Counted from the stretch's first letter, positions 49,937-60,430 are shown. The stretch is 64,000 nt of DNA from Candidatus Cloacimonadales bacterium (GCA_963662275.1 OY759316.1:864001-928000), one strand, 5' to 3'. Numbers and translations: made by a program. The notes: generated by a model from the sequence alone, not told the origin.

Positions 49937-50592
49937 ATGAATGATAAAAATGAACCAATAAATTCCAAATCTGTATTGTTTTCAGATATTACACATCTAA
50001 TTATTGAAGCTAGGCAGAGAACTGCTATGCTTATTAACTCTGAACTTAGTTTGTTATATTGGTCTATTGGGCAAAGAATACTTACTGAGATACTTCAATC
50101 AGGAAAGGCTGTTTATGGTGATCAGACCATCAAACAGCTTTCGGAACAAATGACCTTGGAGTTCGGTACAGGCTGGAGTGATAAGCAACTTAGACATTGT
50201 CTCCACGCTGTGGAGACTTTTCCAAATGAAGAGAAATTCTACGCACTGCGTAGACTATTGATCTTCTGTTTTATCATCGCTCTTTGAAATGTATGATTGT
50301 CGTTGAACTAAAGCTAGGAGAGTTCCAAGCTTCATACAAAGGTCAAATGGAGTTGTACTTGCGCTTCCTGGAAAAGTATGAACTGAAAGAAAATGAGAAT
50401 CCACCTATAGGACTTATCCTCTGCAGCGGGAAGAATGACGAACATATAGAGCTTTTACAACTGCATAAAAGCAATATTCGAGTAGCTGAATACATTACAA
50501 GCCTTCCTCCCAAAGAATTACTGTTGAAGAAACTACATCAATCCATTGAAGTTGCCAAAAACAAAATGCGTAGTGAAAATGATAATGAATAG
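49937..50592 (+). pseudogene. Second DUF1016/YhcG copy, internally deleted and frameshifted
   Basis: Near-identical to 44520-45137 with 38 extra bp near 50203-50241, which splits it into two ORFs. Confidence 0.85.
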
Positions 50593-50596
50593 CCGG

Positions 50597-51200
50597 AACG
50601 CTGTTCCTCTGACAGCCTTGAAAAGCTTGCCGGTACTCTTGTCGATGCCCAGATTGATTTGAATCCACATCAAATTGATGCTGCCTTATTTGCAATTAGG
50701 TTTGTAAGAATTACCACGCAGGTTTGGTGAAGCTCATCTGTATTGTCCCTCTCATCCATTGGCACATCATATTTTGAATACTTCCAAGGAAAGGTCACTA
50801 ATTCCATCTGAGATTGAATTTAATTTGAGTGAACATATAGGTAAAATCTCAAGTTTAGAGCCGTTCATAGGAAAATCAGGCGTCATGAGTCTCTGTTTAT
50901 TTACCGTAGAGTCTTTGGATGTTGTGGAAGATCATCTTATCTTTTCCGGTCAGACCGATTCCGGCACTGAAATGATGAAGAAGCTCTTCGCAGAATGTTC
51001 AATGTACCCGGAAAGATAGTCACTGAATTACCCAACCTGGAAATGCCTATTGCAATTAATGAAAGAATAACGGTTAGACAAAAAGATATCCAGAAAGGCA
51101 TATCCATACGTAATGCCCAGTTTTTCGAAACGGAAGCGCAAAAGTTAGATGGCTGGTCAGATGATTTGAAATCCGGTCTGGAACGTGAAATCAAAGTCCT
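50597..51200 (+). pseudogene. Internally deleted, degenerate SNF2 helicase remnant
   Basis: Matches about 45593-45689, then jumps to about 47646-48148 of the intact gene; contains a stop and a frameshift. Confidence 0.85.
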
Positions 51201-51407
51201 AAAACTACAAAATTCACGAAATATCAAGATACATTTTTCTTCTTTGCTACTTCTGAACCTGTTACCTGTAACTTGTAAGCTTTTTCAATTTTGTAGTTGA
51301 CAATCAGTTCTTGATAATATGTATGTAAATTAAGTAAGATACCTATGTGATTAGAGAGATGATATTTCAAATAGAGGTTGCTCAGAAGTTGTAAATAAGG
51401 AGTAGAA

Positions 51408-52334
51408 ATGGAGATTACGAATACACTTCATCAACAAAAAACGATGCTATTGGATCATTTAAGATCACGTGCCACAGAATCTTTCGGAGAGGTCGAACGA
51501 ACTTATGGCGTTCAAGATTACAGAAAAAGAAGTGATTTAATCAATAAAAAGATATTTAATTCTTCAAATAACATTAAAACGCAACTCTTTCAACAATCTA
51601 TTAATCAATCCTGGTCGAAAGATGACCTTTTAAAAAATATGCTAATGCTTACATACTGCACATATGTAGTCATGATAGAATTTAGAAATAGAGCATGGCA
51701 GTATGAATATATGACTTTTTCAAGAAGAATTGGTGAATTGTGGGAACCTTTCTGTAAATTGTGTTTCAGCTATCCTATTAGGACAGATGTTGAATTGTTT
51801 GAACCTCCACTTTTTGCTGAAGTTAAAGAAATACTCCAAACAGAAATTCGAACATTTATTAATAATTTGAATATTGAAAATGAAGAAAAGCTGCAACTAC
51901 TGGCTTATTACGATAAAGTATGGAGTTTGGTTACATCTGGAGAGATAAAACTAGAACTTGATCTGCATTTTAGATTAGATGGTAGAAATTTTAATGTAGA
52001 TTTTAAAAGTGGGTTCCAATCTAATGAAAAGGGTAATACTAACAGACTTCTTTTAGTAGCCTCAATATACAAAAATATCATTGCTATCAATAATGAATGT
52101 CTCCTCTTCGTTAGAGCTGATGAAGCAGATAACAATAACTACCTAAAAACGATTAAAAGATCCGGGATTTGGGATGTTTATTGTGGACATGAAGCATATA
52201 CGAAAATCCAAGAATTCACGGGTTTCAATTTATCGCAATGGATAGAAGACAACATTAAATGGGAAGATGATCTTGCTGCTGAGACGCATTCTATCTTCAT
52301 ACAAAATGATCTGGTTAAATATCTATCATGGTAA
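51408..52334 (+). CDS. Putative type II restriction endonuclease
   Basis: RIGELWE...ELDLHF...VDFKSG fits PD-(D/E)xK; overlaps the adjacent MTase start; AAGGAG SD. Confidence 0.65.
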   Translation: MEITNTLHQQKTMLLDHLRSRATESFGEVERTYGVQDYRKRSDLINKKIFNSSNNIKTQLFQQSINQSWSKDDLLKNMLMLTYCTYVVMIEFRNRAWQYEYMTFSRRIGELWEPFCKLCFSYPIRTDVELFEPPLFAEVKEILQTEIRTFINNLNIENEEKLQLLAYYDKVWSLVTSGEIKLELDLHFRLDGRNFNVDFKSGFQSNEKGNTNRLLLVASIYKNIIAINNECLLFVRADEADNNNYLKTIKRSGIWDVYCGHEAYTKIQEFTGFNLSQWIEDNIKWEDDLAAETHSIFIQNDLVKYLSW

Positions 52335-53866
52335 TAGCTGTAAATAAAAAACAGGATGAATATCAAGCTTTCTATACATCATGTGATCATATTTCTGGTT
52401 ATATGGCGAAACTATTGGATTGTAGAGATGGAATGTCATTGCTAGAGCCTTGTGCTGGGAATGGTGCTTTATTAGATCAAATAATCAACAATGATAAGAT
52501 ACTTCAAGTTACAGCTTTGGAACTAAACAGAGAATCTGTTACTTCTTTAAAAAATAAGTACTTAAAATATGATAATATAACCATTGTAGAATCTGATTTT
52601 GCTCTATATGATTCTGACAATCAATATGACAGAATAATTGCAAATCCTCCTTATGGAGCATATCAAACTCCCAATAAACGAAAAGTACTCAAGGAACAAT
52701 ATCCAGACCTATATGCAAAAGAGACATATGGTATTTTTTTGATTAAGGCAATGGAGATGTTAAAAGTTGGTGGTAAACTTGTTTTTATTATCCCCGATAC
52801 ATTTATGACTTTACATATGCATGAAGGATTAAGGAAAAGGCTTGTACATGATTATAAGATCGAATCAATTACCCTCTTCCCATCAAAGTTCTTCCCAGGT
52901 GTCAATTTTGGTTATGCTGGTCTTTCTATTATTTCTTTAGTGAATGAAAAGGCTCCAAAGGACTGGTGTTTCTCGGTATTTTCAGACTTGCAGTCTAAAT
53001 ACGACTTTGATAATATGACTTTTGCAAGAAAACTACATATTAATCTCAGTAGCCTTTCATATCGTCAAATTAAAAAGAACTCGTCATATGGATTTTACAT
53101 TCATCATGAAGGATGGATCACAGAAGTATTTTCTAGTAATCTACCTCCTTTAGGTAGCATATGTGATGTTGTTACTGGTTTTTATTCTGGGAATGATGCT
53201 AACTTTTTAAGAAAAACGATTCATAATAAAAGAATAACTGAAAAATATCTTAATGTTGATGAAAATAAGATTAACTTCGAACCATTAGCTGATACTCATC
53301 AATTTGATGGGATTTCTGGTGATAAGTTTTGGGTACCCATTGTTAAGGGAGGTAATAAACGATTCTCAAAACCCTCTGAGTGGTTTATGGATTGGAGTAA
53401 GGATGCAGTACGTAATTATAGGGATTTGGATAATAAAAAATCCAGATTTCAAAATTCCCAGTTTTATTTTAAACAGGGCATTGCAGTTCCAATGGTATCT
53501 TCTTCCTCAATAACGGGCGCCCTACTCGATGATAGGCTTTTTGACCAATCAATTGTCGGTGTTTTTCCAAAGCACAAATATCAACATCTTTTACTTTACT
53601 TGTTAGGTTTTTTTAATACCACTGTTTGCAATAAACTTATCAGAACGATAAATGCTAGTACCAATAATTCAGCTAACTATATTAAGAAAATACCAATAGC
53701 AATTCCAGATAAGAATACTGTAGAAATAATTTCTACTGTTGTTACAAATCTATATCAAATAGCTCAACAAAAAGACATAATCGAATCTGATCTATTTGAT
53801 TTGAATAAAATTTTCGACAAGATTTATGATGGAATATTTGATGATTCTTACAAATGGTCATTATAA
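52328..53866 (+). CDS. N6-adenine DNA methyltransferase (gamma class) with a TaqI-like target recognition domain
   Basis: FYT, LEPCAGNG (motif I), IANPPY (motif IV), LVFIIP, KGG..RF. Confidence 0.9.
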   Translation: MVIAVNKKQDEYQAFYTSCDHISGYMAKLLDCRDGMSLLEPCAGNGALLDQIINNDKILQVTALELNRESVTSLKNKYLKYDNITIVESDFALYDSDNQYDRIIANPPYGAYQTPNKRKVLKEQYPDLYAKETYGIFLIKAMEMLKVGGKLVFIIPDTFMTLHMHEGLRKRLVHDYKIESITLFPSKFFPGVNFGYAGLSIISLVNEKAPKDWCFSVFSDLQSKYDFDNMTFARKLHINLSSLSYRQIKKNSSYGFYIHHEGWITEVFSSNLPPLGSICDVVTGFYSGNDANFLRKTIHNKRITEKYLNVDENKINFEPLADTHQFDGISGDKFWVPIVKGGNKRFSKPSEWFMDWSKDAVRNYRDLDNKKSRFQNSQFYFKQGIAVPMVSSSSITGALLDDRLFDQSIVGVFPKHKYQHLLLYLLGFFNTTVCNKLIRTINASTNNSANYIKKIPIAIPDKNTVEIISTVVTNLYQIAQQKDIIESDLFDLNKIFDKIYDGIFDDSYKWSL

Positions 53867-54009
53867 ATAAATCCGAAAAATAGAAAGATCTCTTTATTAC
53901 AAATTATGATTTGGATTTGCATAAATGCTGTTTTGATGTACAGTAGGTGTTGGAGTTGTAAAATGAAAGAGTTAGAAACACCCTGTTAGATGCATGCGAA
54001 GGCGGTAAA

Positions 54010-57000
54010 GTGAAAACATCTAAACTTATTACACTGAATAAAATCTTACGTGCTTTAGTTATCGGCATGACTGAAGCAGCCAGTGTGAATCCAGTTGCTA
54101 AAGGTGTTCTGGCATTTGTAAACGAATTTTCAGATCAATTTAAGTTACTGGATATAGATCAGCAAACCAATCTAATAAATGCAAATAGTATAGATATTGA
54201 TGAAGCTCAAAATAATGATCAAGGGTTAAAAGAATTAATTAAAGATGCTTTTACCACTTTTGATATTAAATTGCAGGATATTTCTGTTTTTAAGTGTGAT
54301 GTTCAAACACATATATCTTCTATAGATGCTAATTTGCAAGCGATTATTTCACGATTAAGCGAAACATTTTTTGAAGTTCAACTGGAAATATTAAACAACA
54401 CTAAATACATTGTAGGTACATTCCAGAATAATTTTATGACACCTGAGAGGTTCCGTAGTAAATACTTCAGTAATAGAAATAGAATTGTTCGTAATGTAGG
54501 AAAAGGCTTAGCACAACTTTCTGATGAAACTTGGCATCTTTTACAAACTCCATTGATAGGGCGTGATACTGAAAAACAGGAACTCATTCATTTTCTAAAA
54601 AATCCGTATGAGAAATGGTATCTTTTATATGGTGAACCAGGATGTGGGAAAACATACTTAATGTTACATTTATCCGAATGGGCACAATCTGAAAGATATT
54701 CCGTGCTATTCGTTGATGAAAAGGCAATTCAAAACCTCAATGACGCTGTAATTTCATGGAATTACGAGAATCCCCTACTATTAATATGGGATGATTGTCG
54801 TTCAGAAAACAAAGAAGCAATAAAAGAATTTTTATCGTTACCTGAAAGATCAGATAAGCAAGTTAAGTGCGTAATTAATACATGGTTGATTTATCGGAAA
54901 ATAATCGACTTGGGAAAACCTCATGATGCTAATATTGTAGAATCTATCCTTCAACCCTTAAAAGACGAAACAGCATACAACGAATATGCACAGCATCTAT
55001 ATGAATGTATTCATAACGTTAATCCTTCCATCCAGTTCAAGGATTTATTGTACGTAATTAAACTTGCTCAAGGGAATCCCCAAATATCCCTTGTCGGTTT
55101 ACATTTACTACTTCAAGACATTAGCATTGATCTATTACCTAGCGAGCATTCAATTTTACATGTATATGTTGAATCAATAACTAGGGAATTACAAAAACTT
55201 GATTTACAGGAAATGTATATTGTTCTTGCTCTAATAGAATATATACCTTCTAAATGGCTAGATAAAGAAAGCACTAATGATAGATTTCCTGAATTGAAAC
55301 AAAAGTTAAAAAAACTAATTGCGAATGGATTCATCGAATATATTAATAATGAATATATTTTAAAGCCTGATGTTTTCAGAATGGCTATTTGCCATGAATT
55401 GTTTAGTAATGATACCCCATTGTTCAAAATAGTACTCCAAGATTTACCTGAATTACTTAAGCCTTTCATTCCTCTTGGACTAAGTAAGATATGGTTGTCT
55501 CTTGAACAAGCATACTCTTGCTCTCCTGCTGTTGTTATTGAAATCAAAACCATTCTGTTAAAAAAGACCCTACAAATTCTCAACAATGCTACAATGAATA
55601 AATCTTTTTACAATTCATTATGTACTATTTTCTTTTATTTATCTTCCGTTGAACGGGATTCAGACCTTATCTTGTTAATTTTAGAATGTCTTACTGAATT
55701 AACTAAAGGTAATATTACTGGTGAGCCAGCAATTGCTCTCACGGCAGCACTAACGAATGTTACGGCACAGATAAATAGTCCTACTGATTGCCATGATGTA
55801 TCAGAAAAAGTTAGAAAGATTGCCGACCGTCACAATCCAAGAGTAGTAGAAATCGATGCGAATTTATCGTTAGCGTTAGCAAATGTAAGTGCAAGGCTTA
55901 ATGATCAGACAGAAAGTATGTTGGTGGTTGAAGAGATAGAAAAGATTGCAAATTATTATTCCCCAAGAGTTGCAGAAATTGACTCTGTGTGGGCACATGC
56001 ACTTTATAATATGACAGCCCTTTTCAATGGCTTAGCTTTAAACAAACAGATAGCTAAGAAAATAGGGAAGATATCAGCTTACTATAATACACATATTGAA
56101 GGTATTGATACTGCTTTGTCAAAGACCCTTTACAATTTGTCTGTAAGAACAAAGAAATCTGCGGATAAGCTGAATATAGCTAATGTTATTAAGATGATTG
56201 CTGACTCTTATCCAATGCGTGTTTCAGGAATCGACTTCGAGTGGGCTAAAATACTTGTTAATATTTCTGCTCGAATTAGCGATCCAGTTGAAGCTCATCT
56301 TCTTGCAGATGAAATCGGAAAAATTGCTGACCTTTACGAACCAAGAGATAAAAATATCGACTTAATATGGACAATGTCCCTTTACAATGTCGCTAAAGAA
56401 TACCATAAACCTAAAGAAATCCGCTGTATCGCTGATGAAATCAAAGTGATTTCAGGATACTATAACCCACGTGTTGCTGAGCTCGATATCGAGTTAGCAA
56501 AAGCATTGGGGCATGTAACTTTGAATCTTAATGACCCAAATGAAATCAAACCCATTACAGAAGAAATAGAGAGTATTTCAAATTATTACTCTCGAAGAAT
56601 AGCAAAAATTGACACTGTATTAGCAATAACTCTTTGTGAATTGATGGAAAAAGATACAGATCAAAGTAATTTACGCCAATTAGCTAATAGAATAAGGAAT
56701 ATTGCTACATACTATAATCCAAGAATCAAAGAAATTGATATTGAGTGGGCAAATGCTCTTGCGAATGTAGCATATAATCTCATCGATTCAAATGAGTTAC
56801 AAAACGTAATAGAAGCTATTGTTCAAATTTCTGAACATTATTCGCATAGATTATCAGAAATAGATTCCTTTTTAGCAGATACACTCGTACATAAATCAGC
56901 TACCCAGGTTGATCAAATTAAGAAGAAAGAGATTTCTTATGAGATCAAGAAAATTGCAGATAGTTACAACCCTCGGGTCCCTGAAATTGATGAGGCACTT

Positions 57001-57282
57001 GTGAAATCTCTCTACAATATTATTGCCATCCTTAAAGATCCAATAGAAAGCTCACAATTGGTAAATGAAATTGGTCGCATCTCTGATATTCATAAACCGC
57101 GTCTTCCGATAATTGATGCAGTATGGTTTGTATCCTTATATCTTGTGTATGAAAGAAATAAGGAAAGTGTGATATTACCAAAGTTATATAAAATATTTCA
57201 AATGAGAGGCTACTCACTAAATACAAAAGGTGAACAGAAAGATTTCATTAAATCAGTTAATTCAATTACTGAGTCTTTATAA
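54010..57282 (+). CDS. STAND/NLR-like P-loop ATPase with an N-terminal helical domain and about 11 C-terminal 42-aa TPR-like repeats
   Basis: LIGRDTE, Walker A GEPGCGKT, Walker B LLLIWDD, GNP motif; repeat consensus EI.KIA..YNPR..EID..LA.AL.N. Confidence 0.8.
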   Translation: MKTSKLITLNKILRALVIGMTEAASVNPVAKGVLAFVNEFSDQFKLLDIDQQTNLINANSIDIDEAQNNDQGLKELIKDAFTTFDIKLQDISVFKCDVQTHISSIDANLQAIISRLSETFFEVQLEILNNTKYIVGTFQNNFMTPERFRSKYFSNRNRIVRNVGKGLAQLSDETWHLLQTPLIGRDTEKQELIHFLKNPYEKWYLLYGEPGCGKTYLMLHLSEWAQSERYSVLFVDEKAIQNLNDAVISWNYENPLLLIWDDCRSENKEAIKEFLSLPERSDKQVKCVINTWLIYRKIIDLGKPHDANIVESILQPLKDETAYNEYAQHLYECIHNVNPSIQFKDLLYVIKLAQGNPQISLVGLHLLLQDISIDLLPSEHSILHVYVESITRELQKLDLQEMYIVLALIEYIPSKWLDKESTNDRFPELKQKLKKLIANGFIEYINNEYILKPDVFRMAICHELFSNDTPLFKIVLQDLPELLKPFIPLGLSKIWLSLEQAYSCSPAVVIEIKTILLKKTLQILNNATMNKSFYNSLCTIFFYLSSVERDSDLILLILECLTELTKGNITGEPAIALTAALTNVTAQINSPTDCHDVSEKVRKIADRHNPRVVEIDANLSLALANVSARLNDQTESMLVVEEIEKIANYYSPRVAEIDSVWAHALYNMTALFNGLALNKQIAKKIGKISAYYNTHIEGIDTALSKTLYNLSVRTKKSADKLNIANVIKMIADSYPMRVSGIDFEWAKILVNISARISDPVEAHLLADEIGKIADLYEPRDKNIDLIWTMSLYNVAKEYHKPKEIRCIADEIKVISGYYNPRVAELDIELAKALGHVTLNLNDPNEIKPITEEIESISNYYSRRIAKIDTVLAITLCELMEKDTDQSNLRQLANRIRNIATYYNPRIKEIDIEWANALANVAYNLIDSNELQNVIEAIVQISEHYSHRLSEIDSFLADTLVHKSATQVDQIKKKEISYEIKKIADSYNPRVPEIDEALVKSLYNIIAILKDPIESSQLVNEIGRISDIHKPRLPIIDAVWFVSLYLVYERNKESVILPKLYKIFQMRGYSLNTKGEQKDFIKSVNSITESL

Positions 57283-57711
57283 TGTGATTTTTATTTCTTT
57301 AATTTGTTTCTTTGAAAAGTAAAGAAGGATAGAATTTTGAATAATGAGACATGAATTGGGAAAATATTAGGACTTTGAAGCAAAATTCATGAAGCTCTAC
57401 GAGCATATTTATTGGCTGTAATTGATACGAGAAGTCCTAAGGAAACAAATCCTACTATTCGTTCACAAATAACAACAATAATACCCCAAGTAGATAAAGT
57501 GATGGTTGGTCGAATACCTAAATTTGTAAAAGATATAGAATGAAACATAAATCCAAGTCAAAAATGAATAATATTCTAAATGAGAGCCACTTGTACGGAG
57601 TTTTAGAGCCACGTCTTCGCTAAAATAGAGCCACCTTGCTATTTTGAAAGAAAAAACCAACATGAATTAATGCACTGTATCAGTGTAAATCAATTCATGG
57701 AGGTCAATGCA

Positions 57712-59256
57712 ATGACCAATTACCGAGAGATCCTTCGCTTACACAGCCAGGGAATAAGCAGACGAGGCATAGCGGCGAGTTTATCCTGTTCCCGCAATAA
57801 CGTGTCGATGATCATTCAAAGGGCAACAGACCAGAGCCTTGAATGGCCGCTTCCTGATACATTAACAAATGAGATGATCGAAGAGCAGCTCTTTCCGGCT
57901 TACTTATCGTCAAACCCGCAGAAGATGCCTGATTATGAACACATACACAAGGAACTTGCCAAGAGTGGTGTAACACTGTCGCTACTCTGGCATGAATACT
58001 CTGAGGGATGCAGGAATAATCAGGCTATTCCCTACAAGTATACGCAATTTTGCAAACATTACCATGATTACTCACAAAAGACAAAAGCAACCATGCGAAT
58101 AAAACACAAACCAGGAGAAAAGCTGGAAGTGGACTGGGCTGGACAGACTGCCGCCATCAAAAACAACATTACCGGTGAACCGATCAAAGCCTATGTTTTT
58201 GTAGCAACCCTCCCGTACAGTGGTTATTCCTATGTGGAAGCCTTTCTTTCCATGAATATGGAAAGCTGGATTCAGGCTCATATAAATAGCTTCAAGTACT
58301 TTAATGGAGTTACTAAAATACTTGTTCCTGATAATCTTAAGACGGGAGTTGACCATGTGTCGTGGTATACTCCCGTTATCAACAGAACCTATGGAGAAAT
58401 GTCTGCTTATTACGATACTGCGGTAATACCTGCCAGAGTTAGAAGACCAAAGGATAAGCCCAGTGCAGAAGGCACAGTTGGAGTCATCTCAACCTGGATC
58501 ATTGCTGCCTTGCGAAACCAGACATTCTTTTCGCTTCATGAACTCAATATGTCAATCAGGGAAAAACTGGGAGAGTTCAATACCAAGCCCTTTCAAAAGA
58601 AAGAAGGAAGCAGAGAAAGTGTCTTTCAGGCAGAAGAACAGCCCATGCTTATTCCATTGTCATTGTCGCCATATGAGCTTGCTGCCTGGTCAAAGGCAAC
58701 AGTACAGTTCAATTATCATATAAGCGTGGATAAGATGTACTATTCGGTTCCTTATGAATACATAAAATACTATGTGGATGTACGCATCACAAGCAGAGTT
58801 GTCGAGGTTTTCTATAACTCCAACAGAATCGCTTCCCATGTCAGGAAATTTGGTCATCCCGGTCAGTATCAGACACTCCCTGAACATATGCCTGAACAGC
58901 ATCAGAAATATCAGGAATGGAATGCAGAGAGGTTTATCTCCTGGGCAAAGGAAATAGGGGAACATACGATGATCGTAATTAAGTCTATTCTGGCATCCTA
59001 TCGTGTTGAACAGCAGGGATACCGTTCCTGTATGGCACTTCTGAAATCAGCTGACAGGTATTCTGTGCAGAGGCTCGAAAGTGCATGTCAAAGGGCATTA
59101 TCTTATACACCCAATCCCGGTTATAAAAATATCCAAACCATACTCAAGACGGGTTTTGATAAGATCAATAATGCGGCAGAGACTGCAAAGAATGATCCTG
59201 CTTCTGATTTTGGTATTACCAGAGGTGCAGACTACTACGGGAGGAAAAATAAATGA
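57712..59256 (+). CDS. istA: IS21 transposase
   Basis: HTH N-terminus, VDWAG, VPDNLKTGV, RPKDKPSAEG (DDE); GGAGG SD before ATG 57712. Confidence 0.95.
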   Translation: MTNYREILRLHSQGISRRGIAASLSCSRNNVSMIIQRATDQSLEWPLPDTLTNEMIEEQLFPAYLSSNPQKMPDYEHIHKELAKSGVTLSLLWHEYSEGCRNNQAIPYKYTQFCKHYHDYSQKTKATMRIKHKPGEKLEVDWAGQTAAIKNNITGEPIKAYVFVATLPYSGYSYVEAFLSMNMESWIQAHINSFKYFNGVTKILVPDNLKTGVDHVSWYTPVINRTYGEMSAYYDTAVIPARVRRPKDKPSAEGTVGVISTWIIAALRNQTFFSLHELNMSIREKLGEFNTKPFQKKEGSRESVFQAEEQPMLIPLSLSPYELAAWSKATVQFNYHISVDKMYYSVPYEYIKYYVDVRITSRVVEVFYNSNRIASHVRKFGHPGQYQTLPEHMPEQHQKYQEWNAERFISWAKEIGEHTMIVIKSILASYRVEQQGYRSCMALLKSADRYSVQRLESACQRALSYTPNPGYKNIQTILKTGFDKINNAAETAKNDPASDFGITRGADYYGRKNK

Positions 59257-59999
59257 TCAGCCAATCAACAGTCAATAAGCTTCACGAGATGCATTTGAGT
59301 GCTATGGCTGATACTTTCTGCCAGCAATTACATGATGGTGCATTTAAGGATTTGCTTTTCGAAGAACGCTTCAGTCTGCTCGTAGATGCTGAATGGGCCA
59401 GACGCAAAAATAACAGACTGCAGAGGCTAATTAAGAAGGCAAACTTGAAGTTCAGCCAGGCAAGTATTGAAGACGTAGAATATCATGATGACAGAAAGCT
59501 GGATCGATCTGAGATTATCCGTTTATCAACCTGCAGTTACATCAGCGAAAATCGGAATATAATCATTATGGGAGCATCAGGAAACGGGAAATCCTGGCTG
59601 GGTTGTGCTTTCGGGATAGCAGCCTGCCGGAACTATTATCCTGTCAGATATATACGACTTCCCGAATTGCTGGATGACCTGGCAGTTGCCAGAGGTGAAG
59701 GTATTTTTAAGAAAGTCATAAAACAATACAAGCAGATCAAACTGCTGATACTTGATGAATGGCTGCTGACACCACTCAGAGAACAAGAGGCAAGAGATCT
59801 TTTGGAGATTATCGAAGCGAGGCATCAGCACTCATCAACGATCTTCTGTTCTCAGTTCAGAACCGGAGGATGGCATGAGAAGATTGGTCAGGAAACCCTT
59901 GCCGATGCCATCCTTGACCGGATTATACACGATTCCTATCCTATTTTTATCGATGGTAAAGTGTCAATGAGAGAACGCAATGGCATTAAGAAAGAATAA
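59253..59999 (+). CDS. istB: IS21 helper AAA+ ATPase
   Basis: GASGNGKS, LLILDEW, ADAILDRIIH; ATGA overlap with istA. Confidence 0.95.
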   Translation: MISQSTVNKLHEMHLSAMADTFCQQLHDGAFKDLLFEERFSLLVDAEWARRKNNRLQRLIKKANLKFSQASIEDVEYHDDRKLDRSEIIRLSTCSYISENRNIIIMGASGNGKSWLGCAFGIAACRNYYPVRYIRLPELLDDLAVARGEGIFKKVIKQYKQIKLLILDEWLLTPLREQEARDLLEIIEARHQHSSTIFCSQFRTGGWHEKIGQETLADAILDRIIHDSYPIFIDGKVSMRERNGIKKE

Positions 60000-60358
60000 C
60001 GATAGTTAATACTTGGGATGGTACTACAACTTTCCCGGCGACGGCTGCCGCTTCGCTCGGCCTACGGCCTCACTTCACGGCAGCCGTCGCAAAAAGATTA
60101 GTTATAGCTTATTTTTTTGTATATTACCTGTATTAATTATTGAAAATAGAAGAGTGGCTCTATTTTTCCGAAGACGTGGCTCTGTTGGAGCGTACACTAT
60201 GCTCTCTCACTCCGAAATATCCAAAAAAGTCTGATGTACCAGAAATCAAAGCCTTTTCTACGATTGGAAACAGGACATAAGTCAGAGCAAATATGCAGAC
60301 TACAAATAATGATGCAATTATAATACGAGGTATTGACCAACCGCAGGCTGTTGTCAGA

Positions 60359-60430
60359 TGAATATTTCGGAGTGAGAGAGCATAGTGTACGCTCCAACAG
60401 AGCCACGTCTTCGCTAAAATAGAGTCACCT
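60359..60430 (+). mobile_element. Solo IS21 terminal fragment, inverted relative to the right end of the complete IS21
   Basis: tgaatatttcggagtgagagagcatagtgtacgctccaacagagccacgtcttcg is nearly the reverse complement of 60154-60223. Confidence 0.8.

Larger units (their letters stand above)
57565..60223 (+). mobile_element. Complete IS21-family insertion sequence
   Basis: TG...CA ends (tgaataatattc.../...ccgaaatatcca), subterminal gagccac repeats at about 22-bp spacing at both ends, apparent 5-bp AAAAA target duplication (57560-64 and 60224-28). Confidence 0.85.

Noticed and set aside
57340..57564. A gene interrupted by IS21
   Set aside because: Frames on both sides contain stops and no recognisable product could be reconstructed.
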